Shown here one piece after another: positions 12,401-24,400 of a stretch of 64,000 nucleotides of DNA. A program made the position numbers and the translations under genes. Below the pieces are notes generated by a model. It was not told the origin of the DNA. It did not search any database and saw nothing but the letters and a program-made list of their open reading frames with translations. Position 1 is the first letter of the stretch. Every line of letters starts with the position of its first letter. Source of the stretch: Macrostomum lignano (Eukaryota); contig NIVC01000891.1 in the NCBI GenBank assembly GCA_002269645.1, positions 248,001 through 312,000 on the forward strand, in the 5' to 3' direction.

Positions 12401-15400
12401 TTGGTACTGCATCGCTTTCCTGGTCTGCGCGCAGAACGAGCTCTTTGGTTTCGGGCTTCAGCTGCTCTTGTCGCTCTTCTGACGGGCGCGACTTGGCGGC
12501 TTGCGCGTCTGTTGGAGCCGGCTCGTCCTTGACCTCAGCCTGCTTAACAGCATCTTCAGGCTCCGGAGCTTCTTGGCTCTCCTGATCTGCGCGCAGCTCG
12601 AGCTCTTTGGCTTCGGGCTTCAGCTGCTCTTGTCGCTCTTCTGACGGACGCGACTCGGCAGCTTGCGCGTCTGTTGGAGACACCTCGTCCTTGACCTCAG
12701 TCTTTTCGGCAGCCTCTTCAGGCTTTGGAGCTTCTCGGCTCTCCTGATCTGCGCGCAGCTCGATCTCTTTGGTTCGGGCTTCAGCTGCTCTTGTCGCTCT
12801 TCTGACGGACGCGACTCGGCGGCTTGCGCGTCTGTTGGAGCCGCCTCGTCCTTGACCTCAGTCTTTTCGGCAGCCTCTTCAGGCTTTGGAGCTTCTCGGC
12901 TCTCCTGATCTGCGCGCAGCTCGAGCTCTTTGGCTTCGGGCTTCAGCTGCTCTTGTCGCTCTTCTGATGGACGCGACTCGGCGGCCTCCGCCTCTGTTGG
13001 AGAAACCTCGTCCTTGACCTCAGCCTGCTTAACAGCATCTTCAGGCTCCGGAGCTTCTCGGCTCTCCTGATCTGCACGCAGCTCGAGCTCTTTGGTTTCA
13101 GGCTTCAGCTGCTCTTGTCGCTCTTCTGACGGACGCGACTCGGCGGCTTGCGCGTCTGTTGGAGCCGCCTCGTCCTTGACCTCAGTCTTTTCGGCAGCCT
13201 CTTCAGGCTTTGGAGCTTCTCGGCTCTCCTGATCTGCGCGCAGCTCGAGCTCTTTGGCTTCGGGCTTCAGCTGCTCTTGTCGCTCTTCTGACGGACGCGA
13301 CTCGGCAGCTTGCGCGTCTGTTGGAGACACCTCGTCCTTGACCTCAGTCTTTTCGGCAGCCTCTTCAGGCTTTGGTACTGCATCGCTTTCCTGGTCTGCG
13401 CGCAGAACGAGCTCTTTGGTTTCGGGCTTCAGCTGCTCTTGTCGCTCTTCTGACGGGCGCGACTTGGCGGCTTGCGCGTCTGTTGGAGCCGGCTCGTCCT
13501 TGACCTCAGCCTGCTTAACAACATCTTCAGGCTCCGGAGCTTCTCGGCTCTCCTGATCTGCACGCAGCTCGAGCTCTTTGGTTTCAGGCTTCAGCTGCTC
13601 TTGTCGCTCTTCTGACGGACGCGACTCGGCGGCTTGCGCGTCTGTTGGAGCCGGCTCGTCCTTGACCTCAGCCTGCTTAACAGCATCTTCAGGCTCCGGA
13701 GCTTCTTGGCTCTCCTGATCTGCGCGCAGCTCGAGCTCTTTGGCTTCGGGCTTCAGCTGCTCTTGTCGCTCTTCTGACGGACGCGACTCGGCGGCTTGCG
13801 CGTCTGTTGGAGCCGCCTCGTCCTTGACCTCAGTCTTTTCGGCAGCCTCTTCAGGCTTCGGAGCTTCTCGGCTCTCCTGATCTGCGCGCAGCTCGAGCTC
13901 TTTGGCTTCGGGCTTCAGCTGCTCTTGTCGCTCTTCTGACGAACGCGACTCGGCGGCCTGTTCCTGTTTTACAGTTAATCTCTCAGTCTTTGTGTTCTCT
14001 GGTACTGGGTGACTTGGTTCCTGCAATTGTACAGCCAATACGCGGGTTTCAGATTCGACAACCACTGTCGTTTCCGAACCCTTGGGGCCTGCACTGAGTT
14101 GCTCTTTACTCTCAGTGGCGGTATCGGTTGTGACCTTCGACGGCACGGATGTCGTATCAGCATCCTCACTAAGCCTATGCTCTGCATTGTCAATTTTAGG
14201 CCGTTCCCAATCGACTAATTCCGTTGGCTTTGAGGATTCAAAGCCTAATGCCTCAGAAGGCTGAGCAGCCTCTTCTAGCTTTGGCGCTGCAGCGATTTTC
14301 GGGTCCGCGCGCAGCTCGAGCTCTTTGGCTTCGGGCTTCAGCTGCTCTTGTCGCTCTTCTGACGGACGCGACTCGGCGGCTTGCGCGTCTGTTGGAGCCG
14401 GCTCGTCCTTGACCTCAGCCTGCTTAACAGCATCTTCAGGCTCCGGAGCTTCTTGGCTCTCCTGATCTGCGCGCAGCTCGAGCTCTTTGGCTTCGGGCTT
14501 CAGCTGCTCTTGTCGCTCTTCTGACGGACGCGACTCGGCAGCTTGCGCGTCTGTTGGAGACACCTCGTCCTTGACCTCAGTCTTTTCGGCAGCCTCTTCA
14601 GGCTTTGGAGCTTCTCGGCTCTCCTGATCTGCGCGCAGCTCGATCTCTTTGGTTTCGGGCTTCAGCTGCTCTTGTCGCTCTTCTGACGGACGCGACTCGG
14701 CGGCTTGCGCGTCTGTTGGAGCCGCCTCGTCCTTGACCTCAGTCTTTTCGGCAGCCTCTTCAGGCTTTGGAGCTTCTCGGCTCTCCTGATCTGCGCGCAG
14801 CTCGAGCTCTTTGGCTTCGGGCTTCAGCTGCTCTTGTCGCTCTTCTGATGGACGCGACTCGGCGGCCTCCGCCTCTGTTGGAGAAACCTCGTCCTTGACC
14901 TCAGCCTGCTTAACAGCATCTTCAGGCTCCGGAGCTTCTCGGCTCTCCTGATCTGCACGCAGCTCGAGCTCTTTGGCTTCGGGCTTTAGCTGCTCTTGTC
15001 GCTCTTCTGACGGACGCGACTCGGCGGCCTCCGCCTCTGTTGGAGAAACCTCGTCCTTGAACTCATTCTGCCCAGCAGCCTGTTCTGGCTTTGGTACTGC
15101 ATCGCTTTCCTGGTCTGCGCGCAGAACGAGCTCTTTGGTTTCGGGCTTCAGCTGCTCTTGTCGCTCTTCTGACGGGTGCGACTTGGCGGCTTGCGCGTCT
15201 GTTGGAGCCGGCTCGTCCTTGACCTCAGCCTGCTTAACAACATCTTCAGGCTCCGGAGCTTCTCGGCTCTCCTGATCTGCACGCAGCTCGAGCTCTTTGG
15301 TTTCAGGCTTCAGCTGCTCTTGTCGCTCTTCTGATGGACGCGACTCGGCGGCTTCCGTGTCTGTTGGAGACACCTCATCTTTGACCTCAGTCTTTTCGGC

Positions 15401-18400
15401 AGCCTCTTCAGGCCTCGGAGCTTCTTGGCTCTCCTGATCTGCGCGCAGCTCGAGCTCTTTGGCTTCGGGCTTCAGCTGCTCTTGTCGCTCTTCTGACGGA
15501 CGCGACTCGGCGGCTTGCGCGTCTGTTGGAGCCGGCTCGTCCTTGACCTCAGCCTGCTTAACAGCATCTTCAGGCTCCGGAGCTTCTTGGCTCTCCTGAT
15601 CTGCGCGCAGCTCGAGCTCTTTGGCTTCGGGCTTCAGCTGCTCTTGTCGCTCTTCTGACGGACGCGACTCGGCGGCCTCCGCCTCTGTTGGAGACACCTC
15701 GTCCTTGGCCTCAGCCTGCCCAGCAGCCTCTTCTGGCTTTGCTACTGCACCGCTGTCCTGGTCTGCGCGCAGCTCGAGCTCTTTGGTTTCGGGCTTCAGC
15801 TGCTCTTGTCGCTCTTCTGATGGACGCGACTCGACGGCCTCCACCGCTGTTGGAGCCGCCTCGTCTTTGACCTCAGTCTTTTCGGCAGCCTCTTCAGGCT
15901 TCGGAGCTTCTCGGCTCTTCTGATCTGCGCGAAACTCGAGCTCTTTGGCTTCGGGCTTCAGCTGCTCTCGTCGCTCTTCTGATGGACGCGACTCGGCGGC
16001 CTCCACCGCTGTTGGAGCCGCCTCGTCCTTGACCTCAGTCTTTTCGGCAGCCTCTTCAGGCTTCGGAGCTTCTTGGCTCTCCTGATCTGCGCGCAGCTCG
16101 AGCTCTTTGGCTTCAGGCTTCAGCTGCTCTTGTCGCTCTTCTGACGGACGCGACTCGGCGGCCTCCGCCTCTGTTGGAGAAACCTCGTCCTTGAACTCAT
16201 TCTGCCCAGCAGCCTGTTCTGGCTTTGGTACTGCATCGCTTTCCTGGTCTGCGCGCAGCTCGAGCTCTTTGGCTTCGGGCTTCAGCTGCTCTTGTCGCTC
16301 TTCTGACGGACGCGACTCGGCGGCTTGCGCGTCTGTTGGAGCCGGCTCGTCCTTGACCTCAGCCTGCTTAACAACATCTTCAGGCTCCGGAGCTTCTCGG
16401 CTCTCCTGATCTGCGCGCAGCTCGAGCTCTTTGGCTTCGGGCTTCAGCTGCTCTTGTCGCTCTTCTGACGGACGCGACTCGGCGGCTTGCGCGTCTGTTG
16501 GAGCCGCCTCGTCCTTGACCTCAGTCTTTTCGGCAGCCTCTTCAGGCTTCGGAGCTTCTCGGCTCTCCTGATCTGCGCGCAGCTCGAGCTCTTTGGCTTC
16601 GGGCTTCAGCTGCTCTTGTCGCTCTTCTGACGAACGCGACTCGGCGGCCTGTTCCTGTTTTACAGTTAATCTCTCAGTCTTTGTGTTCTCTGGTACTGGG
16701 TGACTTGGTTCCTGCAATTGTACAGCCAATACGCGGGTTTCAGATTCGACAACCACTGTCGTTTCCGAACCCTTGGGCCTGCACTGAGTTGCTCTTTACT
16801 CTCAGTGGCGGTATCGGTTGTGACCTTCGACGGCACGGATGTCGTATCAGCATCCTCACTAAGCCTATGCTCTGCATTGTCAATTTTAGGCCGTTCCCAA
16901 TCGACTAATTCCGTTGGCTTTGAGGATTCAAAGCCTAATGCCTCAGAAGGCTGAGCAGCCTCTTCTAGCTTTGGCGCTGCAGCGATTTTCGGGTCCGCGC
17001 GCAGCTCGAGCTCTTTGGCTTCGGGCTTCAGCTGCTCTTGTCGCTCTTCTGACGGACGCGACTCGGCGGCTTGCGCGTCTGTTGGAGCCGGCTCGTCCTT
17101 GACCTCAGCCTGCTTAACAGCATCTTCAGGCTCCGGAGCTTCTTGGCTCTCCTGATCTGCGCGCAGCTCGAGCTTTTTGGCTTCGGGCTTCAGCTGCTCT
17201 TGTCGCTCTTCTGACGGACGCGACTCGGCAGCTTGCGCGTCTGTTGGAGACACCTCGTCCTTGACCTCAGTCTTTTCGGCAGCCTCTTCAGGCTTTGGAG
17301 CTTCTCGGCTCTCCTGATCTGCGCGCAGCTCGATCTCTTTGGTTTCGGGCTTCAGCTGCTCTTGTCGCTCTTCTGACGGACGCGACTCGGCGGCTTGCGC
17401 GTCTGTTGGAGCCGCCTCGTCCTTGACCTCAGTCTTTTCGGCAGCCTCTTCAGGCTTTGGAGCTTCTCGGCTCTCCTGATCTGCGCGCAGCTCGAGCTCT
17501 TTGGCTTCGGGCTTCAGCTGCTCTTGTCGCTCTTCTGATGGACGCGACTCGGCGGCCTCCGCCTCTGTTGGAGAAACCTCGTCCTTGACCTCAGCCTGCT
17601 TAACAGCATCTTCAGGCTCCGGAGCTTCTCGGCTCTCCTGATCTGCACGCAGCTCGAGCTCTTTGGCTTCGGGCTTTAGCTGCTCTTGTCGCTCTTCTGA
17701 CGGACGCGACTCGGCGGCCTCCGCCTCTGTTGGAGAAACCTCGTCCTTGAACTCATTCTGCCCAGCAGCCTGTTCTGGCTTTGGTACTGCATCGCTTTCC
17801 TGGTCTGCGCGCAGAACGAGCTCTTTGGTTTCGGGCTTCAGCTGCTCTTGTCGCTCTTCTGACGGGTGCGACTTGGCGGCTTGCGCGTCTGTTGGAGCCG
17901 GCTCGTCCTTGACCTCAGCCTGCTTAACAACATCTTCAGGCTCCGGAGCTTCTCGGCTCTCCTGATCTGCACGCAGCTCGAGCTCTTTGGTTTCAGGCTT
18001 CAGCTGCTCTTGTCGCTCTTCTGATGGACGCGACTCGGCGGCTTCCGTGTCTGTTGGAGACACCTCATCTTTGACCTCAGTCTTTTCGGCAGCCTCTTCA
18101 GGCCTCGGAGCTTCTTGGCTCTCCTGATCTGCGCGCAGCTCGAGCTCTTTGGCTTCGGGCTTCAGCTGCTCTTGTCGCTCTTCTGACGGACGCGACTCGG
18201 CGGCTTGCGCGTCTGTTGGAGCCGGCTCGTCCTTGACCTCAGCCTGCTTAACAGCATCTTCAGGCTCCGGAGCTTCTTGGCTCTCCTGATCTGCGCGCAG
18301 CTCGAGCTCTTTGGCTTCGGGCTTCAGCTGCTCTTGTCGCTCTTCTGACGGACGCGACTCGGCGGCCTCCGCCTCTGTTGGAGACACCTCGTCCTTGGCC

Positions 18401-21400
18401 TCAGCCTGCCCAGCAGCCTCTTCTGGCTTTGCTACTGCACCGCTGTCCTGGTCTGCGCGCAGCTCGAGCTCTTTGGTTTCGGGCTTCAGCTGCTCTTGTC
18501 GCTCTTCTGATGGACGCGACTCGACGGCCTCCACCGCTGTTGGAGCCGCCTCGTCTTTGACCTCAGTCTTTTCGGCAGCCTCTTCAGGCTTCGGAGCTTC
18601 TCGGCTCTTCTGATCTGCGCGAAACTCGAGCTCTTTGGCTTCGGGCTTCAGCTGCTCTCGTCGCTCTTCTGATGGACGCGACTCGGCGGCCTCCACCGCT
18701 GTTGGAGCCGCCTCGTCCTTGACCTCAGTCTTTTCGGCAGCCTCTTCAGGCTTCGGAGCTTCTTGGCTCTCCTGATCTGCGCGCAGCTCGAGCTCTTTGG
18801 CTTCAGGCTTCAGCTGCTCTTGTCGCTCTTCTGACGGACGCGACTCGGCGGCCTCCGCCTCTGTTGGAGAAACCTCGTCCTTGAACTCATTCTGCCCAGC
18901 AGCCTGTTCTGGCTTTGGTACTGCATCGCTTTCCTGGTCTGCGCGCAGCTCGAGCTCTTTGGCTTCGGGCTTCAGCTGCTCTTGTCGCTCTTCTGACGGA
19001 CGCGACTCGGCGGCTTGCGCGTCTGTTGGAGCCGGCTCGTCCTTGACCTCAGCCTGCTTAACAACATCTTCAGGCTCCGGAGCTTCTCGGCTCTCCTGAT
19101 CTGCGCGCAGCTCGAGCTCTTTGGCTTCGGGCTTCAGCTGCTCTTGTCGCTCTTCTGACGGACGCGACTCGGCGGCCTCCACCGCTGTTGGAGCCGCCTC
19201 GTCTTTGACCTCAGTCTTTTCGGCAGCCTCTTCAGGCTTCGGAGCTTCTTGGCTCTCCTGATCTGCGCGCAGCTCGAGCTCTTTGGCTTTAAGCTTCAGC
19301 TGCTCTTGTCGCTCTTCTGACGGACGCGACTCGGCGGCCTCCGCCTCTGTTGGAGAAACCTCGTCCTTGAACTCATTCTGCCCAGCAGCCTGTTCTGGCT
19401 TTGGTACTGCATCGCTTTCCTGGTCTGCGCGCAGCTCGAGCTCTTTGGCTTCGGGCTTCAGCTGCTCTTGTCGCTCTTCTGACGGACGCGACTCGGCGGC
19501 TTGCGCGTCTGTTGGAGCCGGCTCGTCCTTGACCTCAGCCTGCTTAATAACATCTTCAGGCTCCGGAGCTTCTCGGCTCTCCTGATCTGCACGCAGCTCG
19601 AGCTCTTTGGTTTCAGGCTTCAGCTGCTCTTGTCGCTCTTCTGATGGACGCGACTCGGCGGCTTCCGTGTCTGTTGGAGACACCTCATCCTTGACCTCAG
19701 TCTTTTCGGCATCCTCTTCAGGCCTCGGAGCTTCTTGGCTCTCCTGATCTGCGCGCAGCTCGAGCTCTTTGGCTTCGGGCTTCAGCTGCTCTTGTCGCTC
19801 TTCTGACGGACGCGACTCGGCGGCTTGCGCGTCTGTTGGAGCCGGCTCGTCCTTGACCTCAGCCTGCTTAACAGCATCTTCAGGCTCCGGAGCTTCTTGG
19901 CTCTCCTGATCTGCGCGCAGCTCGAGCTCTTTGGCTTTAAGCTTCAGCTGCTCTTGTCGCTCGTCTGACGGACGCGACTCGGCGGCCTCCGCGTCTGTTG
20001 GAGCCGCCTCGTCCTTGACCTCAGTTTTTTCGGCAGCCTCTTCAGGTTTCGGAGCTTCTCGGCTCTCCTGATCTGCGCGCAGCTCGAGCTCTTTGGCTTC
20101 GGGCTTCAGCTGCTCTTGTCGCTCTTCTGACGAACGCGACTCGGCGGCCTGTTCCTGTTTTGCAGTTAATCTCTCAGTCTTTGTGTTCTCTGGTACTGGG
20201 TGACTTGGTTCCTGCAATTGTACAGCCAATACGCGGGTTTCAGATTCGACAACCACTGTCGTTTCCGAACCCTTGGGGCCTGCGCTGAGTTGCTCTTTAC
20301 TCTCAGTGGCGGTATCGGTTGTGACCTTCGACGGCACGGATGTCGTATCAGCATCCTCACTAAGCCTATGCTCTGCATTGTCAATTTTAGGCCGTTCCCA
20401 ATCGACTAATTCCGTTGGCTTTGAGGATTCAAAGCCTAATGCCTCAGAAGGCTGAGCAGCCTCTTCTAGCTTTGGCGCTGCAGCGATTTTCTGGTCCGCG
20501 CGCAGCTCGAGCTCTTTGGCTTCGGGCTTCAGCTGCTCTTGTCGCTCTTCTGACGGACGCGACTCGGCAGCTTGCGCGTCTGTTGGAGACACCTCATCCT
20601 TGACTTCAGTCTTTTCGGCAGCCTCTTCAGGCTTCGGAGCTTCTTGGCTCTCCTGATCTGCGCGCAGCTCGAGCTCTTTGGCTTCGGGCTTCAGCTGCTC
20701 TTGTCGCTCTTCTGACGGACGCGACTCGGCGGCTTGCGCGTCTGTTGGAGCCGGCTCGTCCTTGACCTCAGCCTGCTTAACAGCATCTTTAGGCTCCGGA
20801 GCTTCTTGGCTCTCCTGATCTGCGCGCAGCTCGAGCTCTTTGCTTTCGGGCTTCAGCTGCTCTTGTCGCTCTTCTGACGGACGCGACTCGGCGGCCTCCG
20901 CCTCTGTTGGAGACACCTCGTCCTTGGCCTCAGCCTGCCCAGCAGCCTCTTCTGGCTTTGCTACTGCACCGCTTTCCTGGTCTGCGCGCAGAACGAGCTC
21001 TTTGGCTTCGGGCTTCAGCTGCTCTTGTCGCTCTTCTGACGGGCGCGACTTGGCGGCTTGCGCGTCTGTTGGAGCCGGCTCGTCCTTGACCTCAGCCTGC
21101 TTAACAACATCTTCAGGCTCCGGAGCTTCTCGGCTCTCCTGATCTGCGCGCAGCTCGAGCTCTTTGGCTTCGGGCTTCAGCTGCTCTTGTCGCTCTTCTG
21201 ACGGACGCGACTCGGCGGCTTGCGCGTCTGTTGGAGCCGGCTCGTCCTTGACCTCAGCCTGCTTAACAGCATCTTCAGGCTCCGGAGCTTCTTGGCTCTC
21301 CTGATCTGCGCGCAGCTCGAGCTCTTTGGCTTTAAGCTTCAGCTGCTCTTGTCGCTCTTCTGACGGACGCGACTCGGCAGCTTGCGCGTCTGTTGGAGAC

Positions 21401-24400
21401 ACCTCGTCCTTGACCTCAGTCTTTTCGGCAGCCTCTTCAGGCTTTGGAGCTTCTCGGCTCTCCTGATCTGCGCGCAGCTCGATCTCTTTGGTTTCGGGCT
21501 TCAGCTGCTCTTGTCGCTCTTCTGACGGACGCGACTCGGCGGCCTCCGCGTCTGTTGGAGCCGCCTCGTCCTTGACCTCAGTCTTTTCGGCAGCCTCTTC
21601 AGGCTTTGGAGCTTCTCGGCTTTCCTGATCTGCGCGCAGCTCGAGCTCTTTGGCTTCGGGCTTCAGCTGCTCTTGTCGCTCTTCTGACGGACGCGACTCG
21701 GCGGCCTCCGCCTCTGTTGGAGACACCTCGTCCTTGACCTCAGCCTGCCCAGCAGCCCCTTCTGGCTTCGGTACTGCATCGCTTTCCTGGTCTGCGCGCA
21801 GAACGAGCTCTTTGGTTTCGGGCTTCAGCTGCTCTTGTCGCTCTTCTGACGGACGCGACTCGGCGGCTTGCACGTCTGTTGGAGCCGCCTCGTCCTTGAC
21901 CTCAGTCTTTTCGGCAGCCTCTTCAGGCTTTGGAGCTTCTCGGCTCTCCTGATCTGCGCGCAGCTCGAGCTCTTTGGCTTCGGGCTTCAGCTGCTCTTGT
22001 CGCTCTTCTGACGGACGCGACTCGGCGGCCTCCACCGCTGTTGGAGCCGCCTCGTCTTTGACCTCAGTCTTTTCGGCAGCCTCTTCAGGCTTCGGAGCTT
22101 CTTGGCTCTCCTGATCTGCGCGCAGCTCGAGCTCTTTGGCTTCGGGCTTCAGCTGCTCTTGTCGCTCTTCTGACGGACGCGACTCGGCGGCCTCCGCCTC
22201 TGTTGGAGAAACCTCGTCCTTGAACTCATTCTGCCCAGCAGACTGTTCTGGCTTTGGTACTGCATCGCTTTCCTGGTCTGCGCGCAGAACGAGCTCTTTG
22301 GTTTCGGGCTTCAGCTGCTCTTGTCGCTCTTCTGACGGGCGCGACTCGGCGGCTTGCGCGTCTGTTGGGGCCGGCTCGTCCTTGACCTCAGCCTGCTTAA
22401 CAACATCTTCAGGCTCCGGAGCTTCTCGGCTCTCCTGATCTGCGCGCAACTCGAGCTCTTTGGTTTCAGGCTTCAGCTGCTCTTGTCGCTCTTCTGACGG
22501 ACGCGACTCGGCGGCCTCCGCCTCTGTTGGAGACACCTCGTCCTTGGCCTCAGCCTGCCCAGCAGCCTCTTCAGGCTTCGGTACTGCACCGCTTTCCTGG
22601 TCTGCGCGCAGCACGAGCTCTGTGGCTTCGGGCTTCAGCTGCTCTTGTCGCTCTTCTGACGAACGCGACTCGGCGGCCTGTTCCTGTTTTGCAGTTAATC
22701 TCTCAGTCTTTGTGTTCTCTGGTACTGGGTGACTTGGTTCCTGCAATTGTACAGCCAATACGCGGGTTTCAGATTCGACAACCACTGTCGTTTCCGAACC
22801 CTTGGGGCCTGCGCTGAGTTGCTCCTTACTCTCAGTGGCGGTATCGGTTGTGACCTTCGACGGCACGGATGTCGTATCAGCATCCTCACTAAGCCTATGC
22901 TCTGCATTGTCAATTTTAGGCCGTTCCCAATCGACTAATTCCGTTGGCTTTGAGGATTCAAAGCCTAATGCCTCAGAAGGCTGAGCAGCCTCTTCTAGCT
23001 TTGGCGCTGCAGTGATTTTCTGGTTCGCGCGCAGCTCGAGCTTTTTGGCTTCAGGCTTCAGCTGCTCTTGTCGCTCTTCTGACGGACGCGACTCGGCGGC
23101 TTGCGCGTCTGTTGGAGCCGGCTCGTCCTTGACCTCAGCCTGCTTAACAGCATCTTCAGGCTCCGGAGCTTCTTGGCTCTCCTGATCTGCGCGCAGCTCG
23201 AGCTCTTTGGCTTTAAGCTTCAGCTGCTCTTGTCGCTCGTCTGACGGACGCGACTCGGCGGCCTCCGCGTCTGTTGGAGCCGGCTCGTCCTTGACCTCAG
23301 TCTTTTCGGCAGCCTCTTCAGGCCTCGGAGCTTCTTGGCTCTCCTGATCTGCGCGCAGCTCGAGCTCTTTGGCTTCGGGCTTCAGCTGCTCTTGTCGCTC
23401 TTCTGACGGACGCGACTCGGCGGCTTGCGCGTCTGTTGGAGCCGGCTCGTCCTTGACCTCAGCCTGCTTAACAGCATCTTCAGGCTCCGGAGCTTCTTGG
23501 CTCTCCTGATCTGCGCGCAGCTCGAGCTCTTTGGCTTTAAGCTTCAGCTGCTCTTTTCGCTCTTCTGACGGACGCGACTCGGCAGCTTGCGCGTCTGTTG
23601 GAGACACCTCGTCCTTGACCTCAGTCTTTTCGGCAGCCTCTTCAGGCTTTGGAGCTTCTCGGCTCTCCTGATCTGCGCGCAGCTCGATCTCTTTGGTTTC
23701 GGGCTTCAGCTGCTCTTGTCGCTCTTCTGACGGACGCGACTCGGCAGCTTGCGCGTCTGTTGGAGACACCTCGTCCTTGACCTCAGTCTTTTCGGCAGCC
23801 TCTTCAGGCTTTGGAGCTTCTCGGCTCTCCTGATCTGCGCGCAGCTCGATCTCTTTGGTTTCGGGCTTCAGCTGCTCTTGTCGCTCTTCTGACGGACGCG
23901 ACTCGGCGGCTTGCGCGTCTGTTGGAGAAACCTCGTCCTTGAACTCATTCTGCCCAGCAGCCTGTTCTGGCTTTGGTACTGCATCGCTTTCCTGGTCTGC
24001 GCGCAGAACGAGCTCTTTGGTTTCGGGCTTCAGCTGCTCTTGTCGCTCTTCTGACGGGCGCGACTCGGCGGCTTGCGCGTCTGTTGGAGCCGCCTCGTCC
24101 TTGACCTCAGTTTTTTCGGCAGCCTCTTCAGGCTTCGGAGCTTCTCGGCTCTCCTGATCTGCGCGCAGCTCGAGCTCTTTGGTTTCAGGCTTAAGCTGCT
24201 CTTGTCGCTCTTCTGACGGACGCGACTCGGCGGCCTCCGCCTCTGTTGGAGACACCTCGTCCTTGGCCTCAGCCTGCCCAGCAGCCTCTTCTGGCTTTGG
24301 TACTGCATCGCTTTCCTGGTCTGCGCGCAGCACGAGCTCTGTGGCTTCGGGCTTCAGCTGCTCTTGTCGCTCTTCTGACGGACGCGACTCGGCGGCTTGC

